A stretch of 64,000 bases of DNA from assembly GCA_043821285.1 (NCBI GenBank), contig JBDRCZ010000019.1:2234-66233 (forward strand), given 5' to 3'. The stretch comes from Candidatus Omnitrophota bacterium (lineage in GTDB: Bacteria > Omnitrophota > Gorgyraeia > B26-G9 > JBDRCZ01). Below, one piece after another: positions 38,847 to 49,405 of this stretch; position 1 is the first letter of the stretch; the number at the start of each line of letters is the position of its first letter. The position numbers were made by a program, and so were the translations under genes. Under the pieces are notes generated by a model. That model saw nothing but the letters and a program-made list of their open reading frames with translations. It made no database searches and was not told the DNA's origin.

Positions 38847-39767
38847 TCACAATCTAAATAGCTGCTCAAGATAACTTAACCCGATTTTAACCTGTTCTGC
38901 GGTAACAGGCGGATGCGGTTCTAATACCTTTAAGTGATCTGGTTTCAAATATGGTTTCAAAAGGTTAAAATCAAAGTTCCCCATCAAAGGCGCAAGATGA
39001 TCGCCCATGCAATTTTTTACATCATGCAGGTGAAATCCGGCAATTCGATGTCCTAATTCATCAAGATATTGCTTGTGCATACAAAATCCAAGATTTTCAA
39101 ATACTTGTGCATGTCCGGTATCATGCCAATAAAAAAGTTCGTTTTCTTTAAAATAATCTATCAGTTTTGCGGCTTCCTCAAGACTGGGAATTTCGGAAAA
39201 ATATACTCTATTTTCAAAACATAATTTTATATTCAGGCATTGCGCAAATTTGACCAGTTCTTCAAGACTCTTTAGTAACATCGTAAAATGTCTTCCGGAT
39301 TTTTTAGCGCGCATTTTCTGCACTTTATCTTTTAATGCTATATATTTTAAACTGTCTTTTTCTCCCGCATCACAAAAAGCCGCCAGTCGGCGCGTAAAAT
39401 CCCCAATTTTGACTCTACCCGTATGTAAAATTACCGCCTGGGCACCGGTATTTACCGCGGTCTCAATTGTTTGTTTGGTAAAAAAAACCGCTTTTTTCCG
39501 CTCATCTTCTTGTAATGCCGCAAGGGAAAAATAATCTGGTGAAACAAAACCACGGTAATTTACGACCTCCGGTACGGGACAAAAATTATGAACACTCGTA
39601 ACCCTTATCTGCTGATCCCGAACAGACTGAATGATTTCCTCAACATCCTTTCGTATATGCATAAAACTAAGCTCGATGATATTAATTCCTATTGTTTTAA
39701 TCTCTTCGATTATTTGCCTGGCGGATAGACATTGCCGCACATTCCACGATGTTGATAAGCTAAACAT
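38847..39767 (-). CDS. Xylose isomerase-like TIM-barrel (sugar phosphate isomerase/AP endonuclease 2 family)
   Basis: FENR, WHDTGHA and HLHD..DH motifs; GAGGT SD before MFSL. Confidence 0.8.
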   Translation of the reverse strand: MFSLSTSWNVRQCLSARQIIEEIKTIGINIIELSFMHIRKDVEEIIQSVRDQQIRVTSVHNFCPVPEVVNYRGFVSPDYFSLAALQEDERKKAVFFTKQTIETAVNTGAQAVILHTGRVKIGDFTRRLAAFCDAGEKDSLKYIALKDKVQKMRAKKSGRHFTMLLKSLEELVKFAQCLNIKLCFENRVYFSEIPSLEEAAKLIDYFKENELFYWHDTGHAQVFENLGFCMHKQYLDELGHRIAGFHLHDVKNCMGDHLAPLMGNFDFNLLKPYLKPDHLKVLEPHPPVTAEQVKIGLSYLEQLFRL

Positions 39768-39780
39768 TATACTAACCTCT

Positions 39781-42411
39781 CTATTGTTTAACCGGAGCAG
39801 TAACCACCACTGCTGCCTTTGCAAGCTTTAAATAGTCAAGTGCCTCTTTAATATCACTGCGCGTAACAGAATTTATTTTGTTTTCATATTCAAGATAATC
39901 GTTAAAACCAATCCCATATAATTCATTTAATGCAAAATCCAAAGATAAAGCACGGCAGCTCTGGAGTCCTTGCCAATGCATTCCGATAAGATAATTTTTA
40001 GCAATATTTATTTCCTGATCAGTAATCTGCTCAACCGTTAAATTCTCAATCTCCCAATCGACAATTTCAATGACCATATTTAATAATTGCGGCTGGGTCG
40101 CAATATATAGCAGATAATACCCTTGCTCCGGTCCAAATATATTTTGGCCGCCAAGGGTATAAGACATGCCGGCCTGCATTCTAATCTTTTCATACAGCCT
40201 CCCGCCGGTGCTGTCTAAAATTGAGCTTATTAACTCTAAGGCATAACGGAGTTTGTCGGGAAGCGCCACGGTATGAAAACCGTATAAAATTACCGCCTGT
40301 TGTTTATCTTCACGTAAATTAAAAATATAGCGTTTATTTTGAATTTGCGGTTCGCTAATTGACTCTAACGGGGGTTGCGATTTAGCGGGTAAATGCCCGA
40401 ATTTCCTTTTTAGCTTAAGCACAATTTCCGCGGTATCAAAATCACCAACCGCCGATATAACCATGTTCTTGGTACAGAGATAATTGTTGTAAAAATCATG
40501 TAAATCCCCTACCGTAAAATTAGAAACCGATTTCAAACTGCCAATGGGTAAAAAACGATATGGATATTTTTGATAAAGAACTCTTTTTAATACCGATGAG
40601 GTGTAAGAAAAAATATCATCGTCAATGGATTCAATCTCGGCCAAAAGTGTTTTTTTGGCCAGTTTAAATTCGTCTGCGGGGAAAATCGGATTTGTTACAA
40701 TTTCTGATAAAATATCTATGGCTAATTCAAGATCGCAACTTAAAGCATCAATCGTTACCCCGAAACTGTTATGTCCACTAAAATTATTTATCCGCATCCC
40801 ATAAGATTCCGCAAGTTCTGCAAGTTTAGCTTGGGAATATTTTTTTGTTCCTTTAGTCAACATCAATGAAAAAAGATTAGACCGGCCATTTGTTTTTTCA
40901 TCTTCAGATCTTAACCCTCCTTCAATCGCCAAACAAAGGCTTACCATGGGTAATTTTTCTTTCTCCTTGAGGATTACTCTTATCCCATTATCTAAGTTTA
41001 TTTTAGTTGCCGCCTTATCAATAATATGCTCCTTTTGATTATCAGATACGTTTACCTTTTCATCCTCTGTTTTCCGTTTTAAAACCACAGTTGTTGAATT
41101 ATCTACATTTAAATATTTTTTTGCAACCCGTTTTAAATCCGCGATGCTTACCTGATTAATTTTATTTAAATATTTACGTGAAAAGTCATAATCTCCTGTT
41201 AAATAATAGCTTAAGGCCAGGTCACGTGCCTGGCCTGATAAATCCTCCAACCGATCAACATAATCCTTGAAAAGCTGCATTTTTGCCCGGGATAACTGCG
41301 TTTGAGAAATATTTCCCTTTTTTGCCCGGTTAATCTGCTCCCAAATAGCCTGCTTTACCTTTTCTTCGTTAATATCGGTATTAACGACACAAGTGATTCC
41401 AAAACTGCCCGGATCACGTGGTGTAAAATTAAAACAACTAATCGAACGTACTAATCCGGCTTTATAAACATTCTGATATAAAAGCGAACTTTTGCCTTCG
41501 CCTAAAATTATCGCTAAAACGTCTAAAGCAAACAGATCATTATCCGTGATACTTACGCTATGAAAGCCAATAATTAAATGCGGTTGGGCGAGGTTATAGT
41601 TTAGCACATTAGTTCTTTGAACCAACTGTTCCGGTTCAATATAAAATTTATCCTGAACATATAAACTTTGAGAAAAACTACCGAATTCCTGTGAAATTTT
41701 TTTTAAAGCTGATTCCGAATCAATATCACCGGCAACCGCAATGATCATATTATTCGGCTGGTATTTTTTTTTATAATAATTTTCTAGGTCGTTAAGGGTT
41801 ATTTTCTCAAAAATATCCTCGCAGCCAATTATCGGAAAACGGTAGGGATGTCTGGTATATAGATCCTGCAAAAAAACACGTGATAAATATTTATCCGGGT
41901 CATCTAAACACATTTTCATTTCACTCTGAATTACCGCTTTTTCTTTATTAAACTCTTCTTCGCGAAATAATGGATTCTGGACTTGATCGGCAAGTATTTC
42001 AATCGCCGTATCAAAGTTTTCGGCCCGTAGACAAATTATGTAACCCGTGCTGTCAAATGATGTATAGCCATTATAGAAGCCACCGGCATTTTTTATCTGC
42101 TGTTCGATTTCCCGCGCAGTTTTGTTCGTGGTATCTTTAAACATCATATGCTCAAGCAGATGAGATATTCCACTACCCCAATAATCCGTTTCGCGCGCAC
42201 TTCCGGTTTTTACCAACAAAAAAACTGCCACCAGCGAAACACTGTGGTCTTCGGAAATTAAAATCTGCAGACTATTCCTCAAGGTTTCTTTATCGATCGA
42301 TAAGGCTGGAGTACCAAAGGTAAGATTTTCAGCATAGCTGACCGCAGAAAATGTAAGGTAAATACATATTGCAAAAATATAATATTTTACGAGGATATTT
42401 TTCGTATGCAT
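39781..42411 (-). CDS. M16 family zinc peptidase (pitrilysin/PqqL-like)
   Basis: HLLEH (HXXEH), NGYTSFD and HPY motifs; duplicated halves; signal peptide. Start position uncertain. Confidence 0.9.
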   Translation of the reverse strand: MHTKNILVKYYIFAICIYLTFSAVSYAENLTFGTPALSIDKETLRNSLQILISEDHSVSLVAVFLLVKTGSARETDYWGSGISHLLEHMMFKDTTNKTAREIEQQIKNAGGFYNGYTSFDSTGYIICLRAENFDTAIEILADQVQNPLFREEEFNKEKAVIQSEMKMCLDDPDKYLSRVFLQDLYTRHPYRFPIIGCEDIFEKITLNDLENYYKKKYQPNNMIIAVAGDIDSESALKKISQEFGSFSQSLYVQDKFYIEPEQLVQRTNVLNYNLAQPHLIIGFHSVSITDNDLFALDVLAIILGEGKSSLLYQNVYKAGLVRSISCFNFTPRDPGSFGITCVVNTDINEEKVKQAIWEQINRAKKGNISQTQLSRAKMQLFKDYVDRLEDLSGQARDLALSYYLTGDYDFSRKYLNKINQVSIADLKRVAKKYLNVDNSTTVVLKRKTEDEKVNVSDNQKEHIIDKAATKINLDNGIRVILKEKEKLPMVSLCLAIEGGLRSEDEKTNGRSNLFSLMLTKGTKKYSQAKLAELAESYGMRINNFSGHNSFGVTIDALSCDLELAIDILSEIVTNPIFPADEFKLAKKTLLAEIESIDDDIFSYTSSVLKRVLYQKYPYRFLPIGSLKSVSNFTVGDLHDFYNNYLCTKNMVISAVGDFDTAEIVLKLKRKFGHLPAKSQPPLESISEPQIQNKRYIFNLREDKQQAVILYGFHTVALPDKLRYALELISSILDSTGGRLYEKIRMQAGMSYTLGGQNIFGPEQGYYLLYIATQPQLLNMVIEIVDWEIENLTVEQITDQEINIAKNYLIGMHWQGLQSCRALSLDFALNELYGIGFNDYLEYENKINSVTRSDIKEALDYLKLAKAAVVVTAPVKQ

Positions 42412-42499
42412 TACAATTAAAAAGGCAGCAGTGACAATACAATAAGAAATTTGCTTAAGGCTAAAGTTTAGCAATTCATAATTTTGCTTTTCAGATAAT

Positions 42500-43025
42500 T
42501 AATCAAAAATCCGCCAGTATATTATGGTGGACTGGCGCCCTCCATAAAAATTGGCGGACAGTGATTAATTCACCCGCCCTGTATTTTGGCGGGTCATTAA
42601 AGTTAATATTTTCTGCTTTTTGAGCTTTTTCTTTTTCTTCGTTTTATTTCGCTTGGTTTTTCGTAATGTTTGCGTGCTTTAAGTTCTTTTAAAATTCCTG
42701 ACTTTTCTATCTTTTTTTTAAATCGGCGCAGGGCTTTTTCCAGTGGTTCTCCTGCTTCAACTTTTATCCTATCCATTTTGTTGTCACTCCCTCTGTTTAT
42801 AGATTAAATGTGTAGACAATACCCGTAGCACAAACTACGTATATTCTATGACAATGTCCGTCTGCGAATTAAATCCCTGTCCGCCAAATCCGCCGCTTAT
42901 ACCTTGGCAGATTTTCAGCTTTCTGAGGACAAAACTATCTGTTCAGCGGATGTTTAGTTTATTTTAATGACCCGCCATGGTTTTTGGCGGGGAATTTACC
43001 CACCGTCGTATTAGCGGCGGGAGAT
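42500..43025. repeat. Cluster of CCGCC-N-GGCGG palindromes (family D at 42566-42600 and 42964-42998; family E at 42804-42873) flanking rpsU
   Basis: TTAATGACCCGCC..GGCGGG(G/T)GAATT in opposite orientations on either side of rpsU. Confidence 0.75.
42603..42776 (-). CDS. rpsU: 30S ribosomal protein bS21 (absent from the ORF track)
   Basis: Manual translation MDRIKVEAGEPLEKALRRFKKKIEKSGILKELKARKHYEKPSEIKRRK... Confidence 0.97.
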   Translation of the reverse strand: MDRIKVEAGEPLEKALRRFKKKIEKSGILKELKARKHYEKPSEIKRRKRKSSKSRKY

Positions 43026-43105
43026 TATGTTTATGCTTTTACTATGGTGTATATTAATTAACTGCAAGAAAATTACGAAAAATAATTCTTATAAGAACCA
43101 CCTTG

Positions 43106-43134
43106 ATTTTAGCAAGATCAAACAGTTTTGTCAA
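43106..43134 (-). promoter_or_regulatory. Sigma70 promoter upstream of rpsU
   Basis: TTGACA-17-TAAAAT with TG extension. Confidence 0.65.
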
Positions 43135-43317
43135 GATAATCTTCTAATCGGATAATTACACTTGAAAAATACGGATTATCCCGCCGACTATTATTTGTAA
43201 ACATTTGCCGCTCATCAGCAGCTATTACTACTGAAAAAAGTTTTAATTTCCAATCACCGTCCCCCGTCGCCACAGAAAAAAACAGAGCATTTTCCCTATG
43301 CGTGGGATCTCTATGAA

Positions 43318-43971
43318 CTACGTCTGTGGAGATTCCACTTCAAAAGAAATTACGAGATTAAAAGTAAGTTCTTCACGGTCAATTTTTTCGGGGATTGCCG
43401 GGAATGGTGTCGCCGCTTCAATGCTTCTTATTGCCGCCTTTTGTAAAAACTGATCTGAAGCTGAATTCTCTTCGATTATCTGTACACAATGTAACTGGCC
43501 TTTTTTCGTAATCGTAAACGTAAGAAAGATATCTCCGCGCTTGAATTGTGCCGGATAGATAACATTGCGGCGGATTTTTTCACGAATATTGGAATAATAA
43601 TCCAAATAAATTTTAGATTCTTTCAGACTTTGCGCTTGCCTTTTGTAAAATTCGTTTGTCTCATCTCTGATATTAACCTTTTTTGTTCCGGGGACCGAGC
43701 GTTTGTAAACTGAGACGGTATGCTTTTTTGTGGTGATCGCGGTAGATTTTTCTTTTTTTGGTAAATATATCGGCTCGGACGGCAACGCTGTCTTTTCTGC
43801 TGGCAATGATAGCTTATCCTGAGAAGAAATAAGATATGTTACTTCAATATCCGCTATTTTAGCTTTTGGAAAAAAATATTTGCTGCAGAACGCTCTGGGT
43901 AAAAACAAGGTTGCATGTAAACACATCGAAATTAGCAGTGCCGCTTGAAATGTCTTATTTTGTTCAATCAT
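43318..43971 (-). CDS. TonB/TolA-like energy transducer
   Basis: TM with S..LH, Pro/Lys-rich linker, C-terminal YP..G..F.I...G..AA.PFP. Confidence 0.8.
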   Translation of the reverse strand: MIEQNKTFQAALLISMCLHATLFLPRAFCSKYFFPKAKIADIEVTYLISSQDKLSLPAEKTALPSEPIYLPKKEKSTAITTKKHTVSVYKRSVPGTKKVNIRDETNEFYKRQAQSLKESKIYLDYYSNIREKIRRNVIYPAQFKRGDIFLTFTITKKGQLHCVQIIEENSASDQFLQKAAIRSIEAATPFPAIPEKIDREELTFNLVISFEVESPQT

Positions 43972-44090
43972 TTATTATTCACAATTTTCAATTACGTTCT
44001 ATTTTTTAGAACAGATGGTAAATATCCGGAAAATGCGGTGCATTTTCCGTGCATGAATATCCTCAAGAGCAAGTTCTTGAGGATATTCAT

Positions 44091-45629
44091 TTAGTCTTCC
44101 TTTTGCACCTCGGTAATAAGTTCTGGATTTTTATCTAACACCCTTAAAAATGCTTCGACAACTTTAGGATCAAACTGTGTGCCGCTGCATTTCTTAACTT
44201 CCGACATTGCCATATCCTTAGTAAAACCTGTTTCGCGATACGGACGGACGGTTACCATTGCGTCAAAACTATCGGCAACACTAATTATCCGTGCACCAAC
44301 TTTTATCTCTTCACCTTTAAGACCAGTGGGATACCCTTGCCCGTCATATCTTTCATGATGCTGCTTTACAAATTCAATAACATCACCTAAAAAAACCAAC
44401 GGGCTTAAAATTTCTGCGCTCTTTCCTGGGTGTAATTTTATCTCCGCCCACTCTCCGGGAGTTAATTTGTCGTTTTTGGTCAAGATATAATCATGCACGC
44501 CAATCTTCCCTAAATCATGCAGCTGACATGCCAGTCGGATATTTTCTGTATCTTTTTCACCTAGTCCCATCTCCTTGGCAATCTCAACAGCATACCTGGT
44601 CACGTGTTCTGAATGATTACGCGTATAATGATCTTTGGCATCAATCGCTGAAGTCAATGCCTTGACGGTCCGAATATAAGTTTCCGTAAGCGAAGTATAT
44701 AACCGGGCGTTTTCAACCGCAATTGCCGCTTCATTCGTCAACCCTTTGATAAATCCAAAATCTTCTTTAGTAAACGGTTCTCCGGACCTTTTATTATTAA
44801 CGTTAATCACGCCAATAACGTCATTCTTTACGGTTAAAGGGACGCTAATAAAAGAATGGGTATAGTATTGCTCTTTATTGGTTGGAGTAAATCTTGTCTC
44901 TTGCGCAAGATCTTCGACTAATATCCCTTCGCTATTTTCAATAATCCAGCCGGAAATTGACTCTCCTATTTTAATTCTGGTATTACGAATAATGTCCTCG
45001 GTTAACCCCCGGGCCGCCTGAATGGATAATTCCTGCCGGTTTAGATCAAGCAATAAAATCGCGCATTTTTCAATATCTAAAACCGTACAAATTCTATCCA
45101 CGATCGTTTTTAAAACTTCATCCAATTTTATACTGGATAAAATATCGCGGCTGATACTAAAAAGAAGCGATAACTCTTTAGTTCGCTCCTTAACCTTTTC
45201 TTCTAATTTGACATTTTGTTCTTCTAATTCCTTCATCAGTCTTTTATTCATAAACGATAAATTCTGCAAGTCAACCGCTCTTTTTATCACTAAAGAAATC
45301 TCTTCAATATTAAAAGGCTTGGTAATATAATCATAAGCACCTTCTCTTATTGCCGATTGGATAGTTTCGAAAGAAGGGTAACCGGTCATGATGATAACAA
45401 TTGTGTCTGAATTAGCAGATTTTACTTCCTGCAACACCTGTATTCCATTAATATCCGGCATTTTAAAATCTACCATAACAACATTGTAATTATCTTCTTT
45501 AAACGTTTTCAAACCGTCACGTCCGGAGTTAGCATAGTTAACAATATAGCCCCGGTCTTGTAATAAATCTCTCAAAAATTCACACATCACTAATTCATCA
45601 TCAATAATCAGAATCTTTGCCGCTGACAT
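44091..45629 (-). CDS. REC-GAF-HD-GYP c-di-GMP phosphodiesterase
   Basis: Canonical REC (DDE, D, T, KP); GAF (NNK..FT..D); HDLGK, HHERYDG.GYP and DSFDAM..RPY motifs. Confidence 0.93.
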   Translation of the reverse strand: MSAAKILIIDDELVMCEFLRDLLQDRGYIVNYANSGRDGLKTFKEDNYNVVMVDFKMPDINGIQVLQEVKSANSDTIVIIMTGYPSFETIQSAIREGAYDYITKPFNIEEISLVIKRAVDLQNLSFMNKRLMKELEEQNVKLEEKVKERTKELSLLFSISRDILSSIKLDEVLKTIVDRICTVLDIEKCAILLLDLNRQELSIQAARGLTEDIIRNTRIKIGESISGWIIENSEGILVEDLAQETRFTPTNKEQYYTHSFISVPLTVKNDVIGVINVNNKRSGEPFTKEDFGFIKGLTNEAAIAVENARLYTSLTETYIRTVKALTSAIDAKDHYTRNHSEHVTRYAVEIAKEMGLGEKDTENIRLACQLHDLGKIGVHDYILTKNDKLTPGEWAEIKLHPGKSAEILSPLVFLGDVIEFVKQHHERYDGQGYPTGLKGEEIKVGARIISVADSFDAMVTVRPYRETGFTKDMAMSEVKKCSGTQFDPKVVEAFLRVLDKNPELITEVQKED

Positions 45630-45820
45630 TTATAATCTCCCAATCTCTATTAGACAAAATCAAGCATAATAAAAAAATTTTTCTCGTATAGATTACCCTA
45701 TGAAAACCGTAAGGTTTTCAAGCTTTCTCCTTATTATATAAAAATTCTTTTTTCCTTTTGGCCTACATTTTCTTTATTAAAAGAAAATGTCAGGTAAACT
45801 TATTGCCGCAGGCAATAAGT

Positions 45821-46189
45821 TTACTGTTTATTTCTAATTTTGTTAACAATAGCAATAACTTCTGTTACATTAAATGGTTTATGTATACAAGTTACCGCCC
45901 CATTGGTCATTGACTCTTCAAGGGCATGTATCGGCATACTATCCATCATAACCACCGCAGTATTCGGAGTAAGCTGCCTTAACATTTTAAGTGTTTTTAC
46001 CCCATCCATAACCGGCATGTGCACGTCGACAAAAGCAATCGGGAAAAATTTTTCTTTTACAATACGTTCTGCCTCTTTGCCATTATTAACTGTCGTTACC
46101 TTATATCCCTCATCCTGTAAGATATCAATAAATAAATTACGCATTATCTCTTCATCATCTACTACGAGAATTTCTAAACATTTATCCAT
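45821..46189 (-). CDS. Single-domain response regulator (CheY-like)
   Basis: VVDDE, DVHMP.MDG and KPF motifs. Confidence 0.9.
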   Translation of the reverse strand: MDKCLEILVVDDEEIMRNLFIDILQDEGYKVTTVNNGKEAERIVKEKFFPIAFVDVHMPVMDGVKTLKMLRQLTPNTAVVMMDSMPIHALEESMTNGAVTCIHKPFNVTEVIAIVNKIRNKQ

Positions 46190-46223
46190 TTTTTTCTCCT
46201 CTGTTTTTTGCTATACAGCAAAA

Positions 46224-46616
46224 TCATGATCCCTCCTGTTTGCTCTGTTCTACGGCCTTTTTCATCGCTTCTCTTATCTCATTTATATCAAACGGTTTAT
46301 GAATGCTAGTAACCGCGCCTTCATGTTCTGCCATTTTAAGGAGAAGGTCGGGATAGCTATCCATCATGACAATTGCTGTCTTCGGGCTGATCCGTTTTAA
46401 AGCCGAGAGAGTCTGTACGCCATCCCTTACCGGCATATGTATGTCTATAAAAGCAGCATTGAAAAATGTTCTTTTGGCTATGTCTTCTGCTTCCTTTCCA
46501 TCAGCTGCCGTAACAACATTATATCCTTCTTCTTGCAGTATATCTGTAAAAAGACTGCGCATTACCTCTTCATCATCGACGACTAATATGTTGATATCCT
46601 GCTTTGCTTGTTCCAT
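46224..46616 (-). CDS. Single-domain response regulator (CheY-like)
   Basis: VVDDE, DIHMP.RDG and KPF motifs; paralog of 45821. Confidence 0.9.
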   Translation of the reverse strand: MEQAKQDINILVVDDEEVMRSLFTDILQEEGYNVVTAADGKEAEDIAKRTFFNAAFIDIHMPVRDGVQTLSALKRISPKTAIVMMDSYPDLLLKMAEHEGAVTSIHKPFDINEIREAMKKAVEQSKQEGS

Positions 46617-46670
46617 AAAAAAATTAAATATGAAAACACGATTTTTTTCATACAATATATCAACAATCAG

Positions 46671-48287
46671 CTATATCTTTGCCGGAGGTAAAAAAATTAT
46701 AAACTTCGTTCCTTTTCCTTCTTCACTCACCACCTCGATTGCGCCCTGATGATCTTTAATAATCTGGTAACTCACCGCCAGTCCTAATCCTGTTCCTTTA
46801 TCTTTTGTCTTGGTTGTGTAAAATGGTTCGAAAATACGGGGAATATCTTTTTCAGGAATTCCCATTCCGGTATCACTGAATTCAATCTTTATTCCCCATG
46901 GTGATTGTTGAATACCTTCATATCGCATGTTCTCCGTCACAATTGTCAAATCACCGCCATCAGGCATAGCCTGCTGGGCATTTAAAATGATGTTCGTAAA
47001 TACCTGTTGCAGCTGGTTTGTTATCCCCATGGTCTTGGATAAATCCGGATCAAGACTGGTTACCAGATTTATATTTTTCAGTTTTAATTGATGTCCAATA
47101 ATCGAAATCGTCTCTTCGATTGCATGGTTAATATCCAGCACTTCCTGCTTAGCAAATATTGGTTTGCGGGAAAATTTAAGCAGGCTTTCGACGATTTTTT
47201 TACAACGGGTTGACTCTCTTTCAATCGATTCGATATATCTATTGCATGCCTTAAATTCTTCTACGCCAAAGTTGGGCCGTTTAAATTTTTCCAGCATAAA
47301 CTGAGAATATCCCAGAATCCCACCCAAAGGATTATTCAGTTCATGGGCGACCCCGGCTCCCAACTGCCCAACCGCAGCCATCTTTGCTGATTGGACAAGT
47401 TGCGCCTGTGCCTCTTTCAATTCTTTAGTGCGTTCCTCAACCTTTTGTTCCAATGTCCGGCTGTAATTTTCTATTTCATTCCGCGACCTTTTGAGTTCGG
47501 CTGTCATCTGATTAAAAGATTTTGCCAGTATACCGATTTCATCTTTCGCGTGCACATTTACCTGATAAGTTAAATCTCCTGCGGTAATCTTTTGTGTTCC
47601 CAGAACTAATTGACGAATAGGTCCAATGATTATCCCGACGAGAAAAAACGTTATGATGATCCCGATTATAATCACGATTGCTGTTAGTAAAATAATCTGA
47701 ATGGTTATGTTTTTTATTTCATTATTTATATGTGCCAAAGAAATTCCGATCTGGGCAAAACCGATTAACTCTTCTTTTACCGTGGTTACCTCTTCAAACC
47801 CCATAAGTTCTATTTCTTCACGACCCAAAAAAATCTGCTTGGTCTTAATCAAAGACATAATATTATACATCGGTTCATTATCCTCGGAAATAAACGGTGT
47901 TAATATTGGTTTAGACATATTTTCTGCATTTTTAATATCTGCGTCCGGCAGCTCAATTGCCCGATTATCTATAGGATTTCCGGATAAAGCCAAAATTTCT
48001 TTTTCGCGGCTTTGTATCAGACAATAGACCACATCCTCTTCTTCTAATAAACCTTCGACCAACATAACCAGCGGTTGTTTATTTGCGGTCAAAACTCCGT
48101 ACTCGCTGTTAACCGCAATATTTTTTACTAAAAATTCCCCTTTATTCAATAAATCTTTTTTGCGATGCCTTATTTCGTTTTTAATATAGTAATAACTTAA
48201 CGTCGCAGACGTTAAGATAATAATTCCCGAGATTGCTAATATGAATTTTGTCGGTAATGCCAGCTTAGCTATTTTCGAACCAGCCAT
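46671..48287 (-). CDS. HAMP sensor histidine kinase (NtrB-like)
   Basis: Two TM helices, HAMP, AHELNNPL, N/D/F/G boxes; AGGAG SD before MAGSK. Confidence 0.95.
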   Translation of the reverse strand: MAGSKIAKLALPTKFILAISGIIILTSATLSYYYIKNEIRHRKKDLLNKGEFLVKNIAVNSEYGVLTANKQPLVMLVEGLLEEEDVVYCLIQSREKEILALSGNPIDNRAIELPDADIKNAENMSKPILTPFISEDNEPMYNIMSLIKTKQIFLGREEIELMGFEEVTTVKEELIGFAQIGISLAHINNEIKNITIQIILLTAIVIIIGIIITFFLVGIIIGPIRQLVLGTQKITAGDLTYQVNVHAKDEIGILAKSFNQMTAELKRSRNEIENYSRTLEQKVEERTKELKEAQAQLVQSAKMAAVGQLGAGVAHELNNPLGGILGYSQFMLEKFKRPNFGVEEFKACNRYIESIERESTRCKKIVESLLKFSRKPIFAKQEVLDINHAIEETISIIGHQLKLKNINLVTSLDPDLSKTMGITNQLQQVFTNIILNAQQAMPDGGDLTIVTENMRYEGIQQSPWGIKIEFSDTGMGIPEKDIPRIFEPFYTTKTKDKGTGLGLAVSYQIIKDHQGAIEVVSEEGKGTKFIIFLPPAKI

Positions 48288-48336
48288 TAATATACTCCTC
48301 TCCATAAATTAGTGCCAAAGGCACTAATTTATGGTA

Positions 48337-49299
48337 TCATTCAAAAATATCCCGTGCCGCTTTTAATATCTGTTCAGGAATTTCTATCCCGATCTGTTTT
48401 GCGGTTCTACGATTAACCGATAAGTATAATTTTCTCGGGAGAGTAACCGGTAATTCCCGGGGCATTTTTCCTGACAATACCGCGGCAGCTAATTCACCCG
48501 ACTGTCTGCCAATATCTTCCAGATCATAGCTTATGCTAAATAATGCGCCGGCTTTAACATAACCCGCAGAAAGTCCCATAAAAGGTTTTCTGTGCCGTAA
48601 AGTGGTCAGAATAATGAATTGGGTAGCCTGCAGGGTAAAAATAGTACCATCCGCCACTCCCCATAAAACATCTATTTCTTTTAGCAACTCTTCTAACGCC
48701 TCGGGAACGTTTTTTTCGGAGTAAACCTTTTTTGCAACTAACACCAGCCCCATTTCCTGGACGGTCTTTGCTGCCTCATCGATTAAAAATTCCGTTTCCT
48801 TGGGATTGTAAAGTACGCCAATTTTCTGGGCATTTGGTATAACCTGTTTAATGTTTGTAAACTGGTCTTTTACAGAAAGATCCATCGCGGCGCCAGTAAG
48901 ATTATTTCCTGAAGACTCAAGTGAATCGACAAATCTTAACATCACCGGATTAAGCACTAAAGAAAAAACCACCGGGATATCGGTTGTACTATTTTTTGCA
49001 ATCTCGGTTGCCAATGACCCCAGGGCTAAAATTAAATCCGGTTTTTTTTCGATGATTTTTTTTGCGGCGCGATAATTTTCTGCTTCTGTACCGGCAAAAT
49101 CTAAGGTGATATATTGCGGCTTAATACCTTTTTGTTTAAATACGTTAGTAAACCCCTCCAATGCAATATTAAACGGCGTAACGTTACGGCTTTTAAAAAC
49201 AGCAATTATCGGCTGACCCTCGGCTTGAACAAAGTGAATTGCTCCAATAAAAATAATGAACGTAAATATAAAAAAACACCTGATATTTTTTTCTGACAT
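48337..49299 (-). CDS. ABC-type substrate-binding protein (ABC_sub_bind family), orphan
   Basis: Signal peptide; IPVVF, NLTG, IGVLYNP and VKAGAL motifs. Confidence 0.85.
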   Translation of the reverse strand: MSEKNIRCFFIFTFIIFIGAIHFVQAEGQPIIAVFKSRNVTPFNIALEGFTNVFKQKGIKPQYITLDFAGTEAENYRAAKKIIEKKPDLILALGSLATEIAKNSTTDIPVVFSLVLNPVMLRFVDSLESSGNNLTGAAMDLSVKDQFTNIKQVIPNAQKIGVLYNPKETEFLIDEAAKTVQEMGLVLVAKKVYSEKNVPEALEELLKEIDVLWGVADGTIFTLQATQFIILTTLRHRKPFMGLSAGYVKAGALFSISYDLEDIGRQSGELAAAVLSGKMPRELPVTLPRKLYLSVNRRTAKQIGIEIPEQILKAARDIFE

Positions 49300-49405
49300 G
49301 AAATTTACCTTCTTTTTGTCACTTGCTATTTATTATAAACAATTGACCGGTTCATTTTCAACGAAAATCAGACTGGTTTATATTTTATCAGTAATTACCA
49401 TATAG

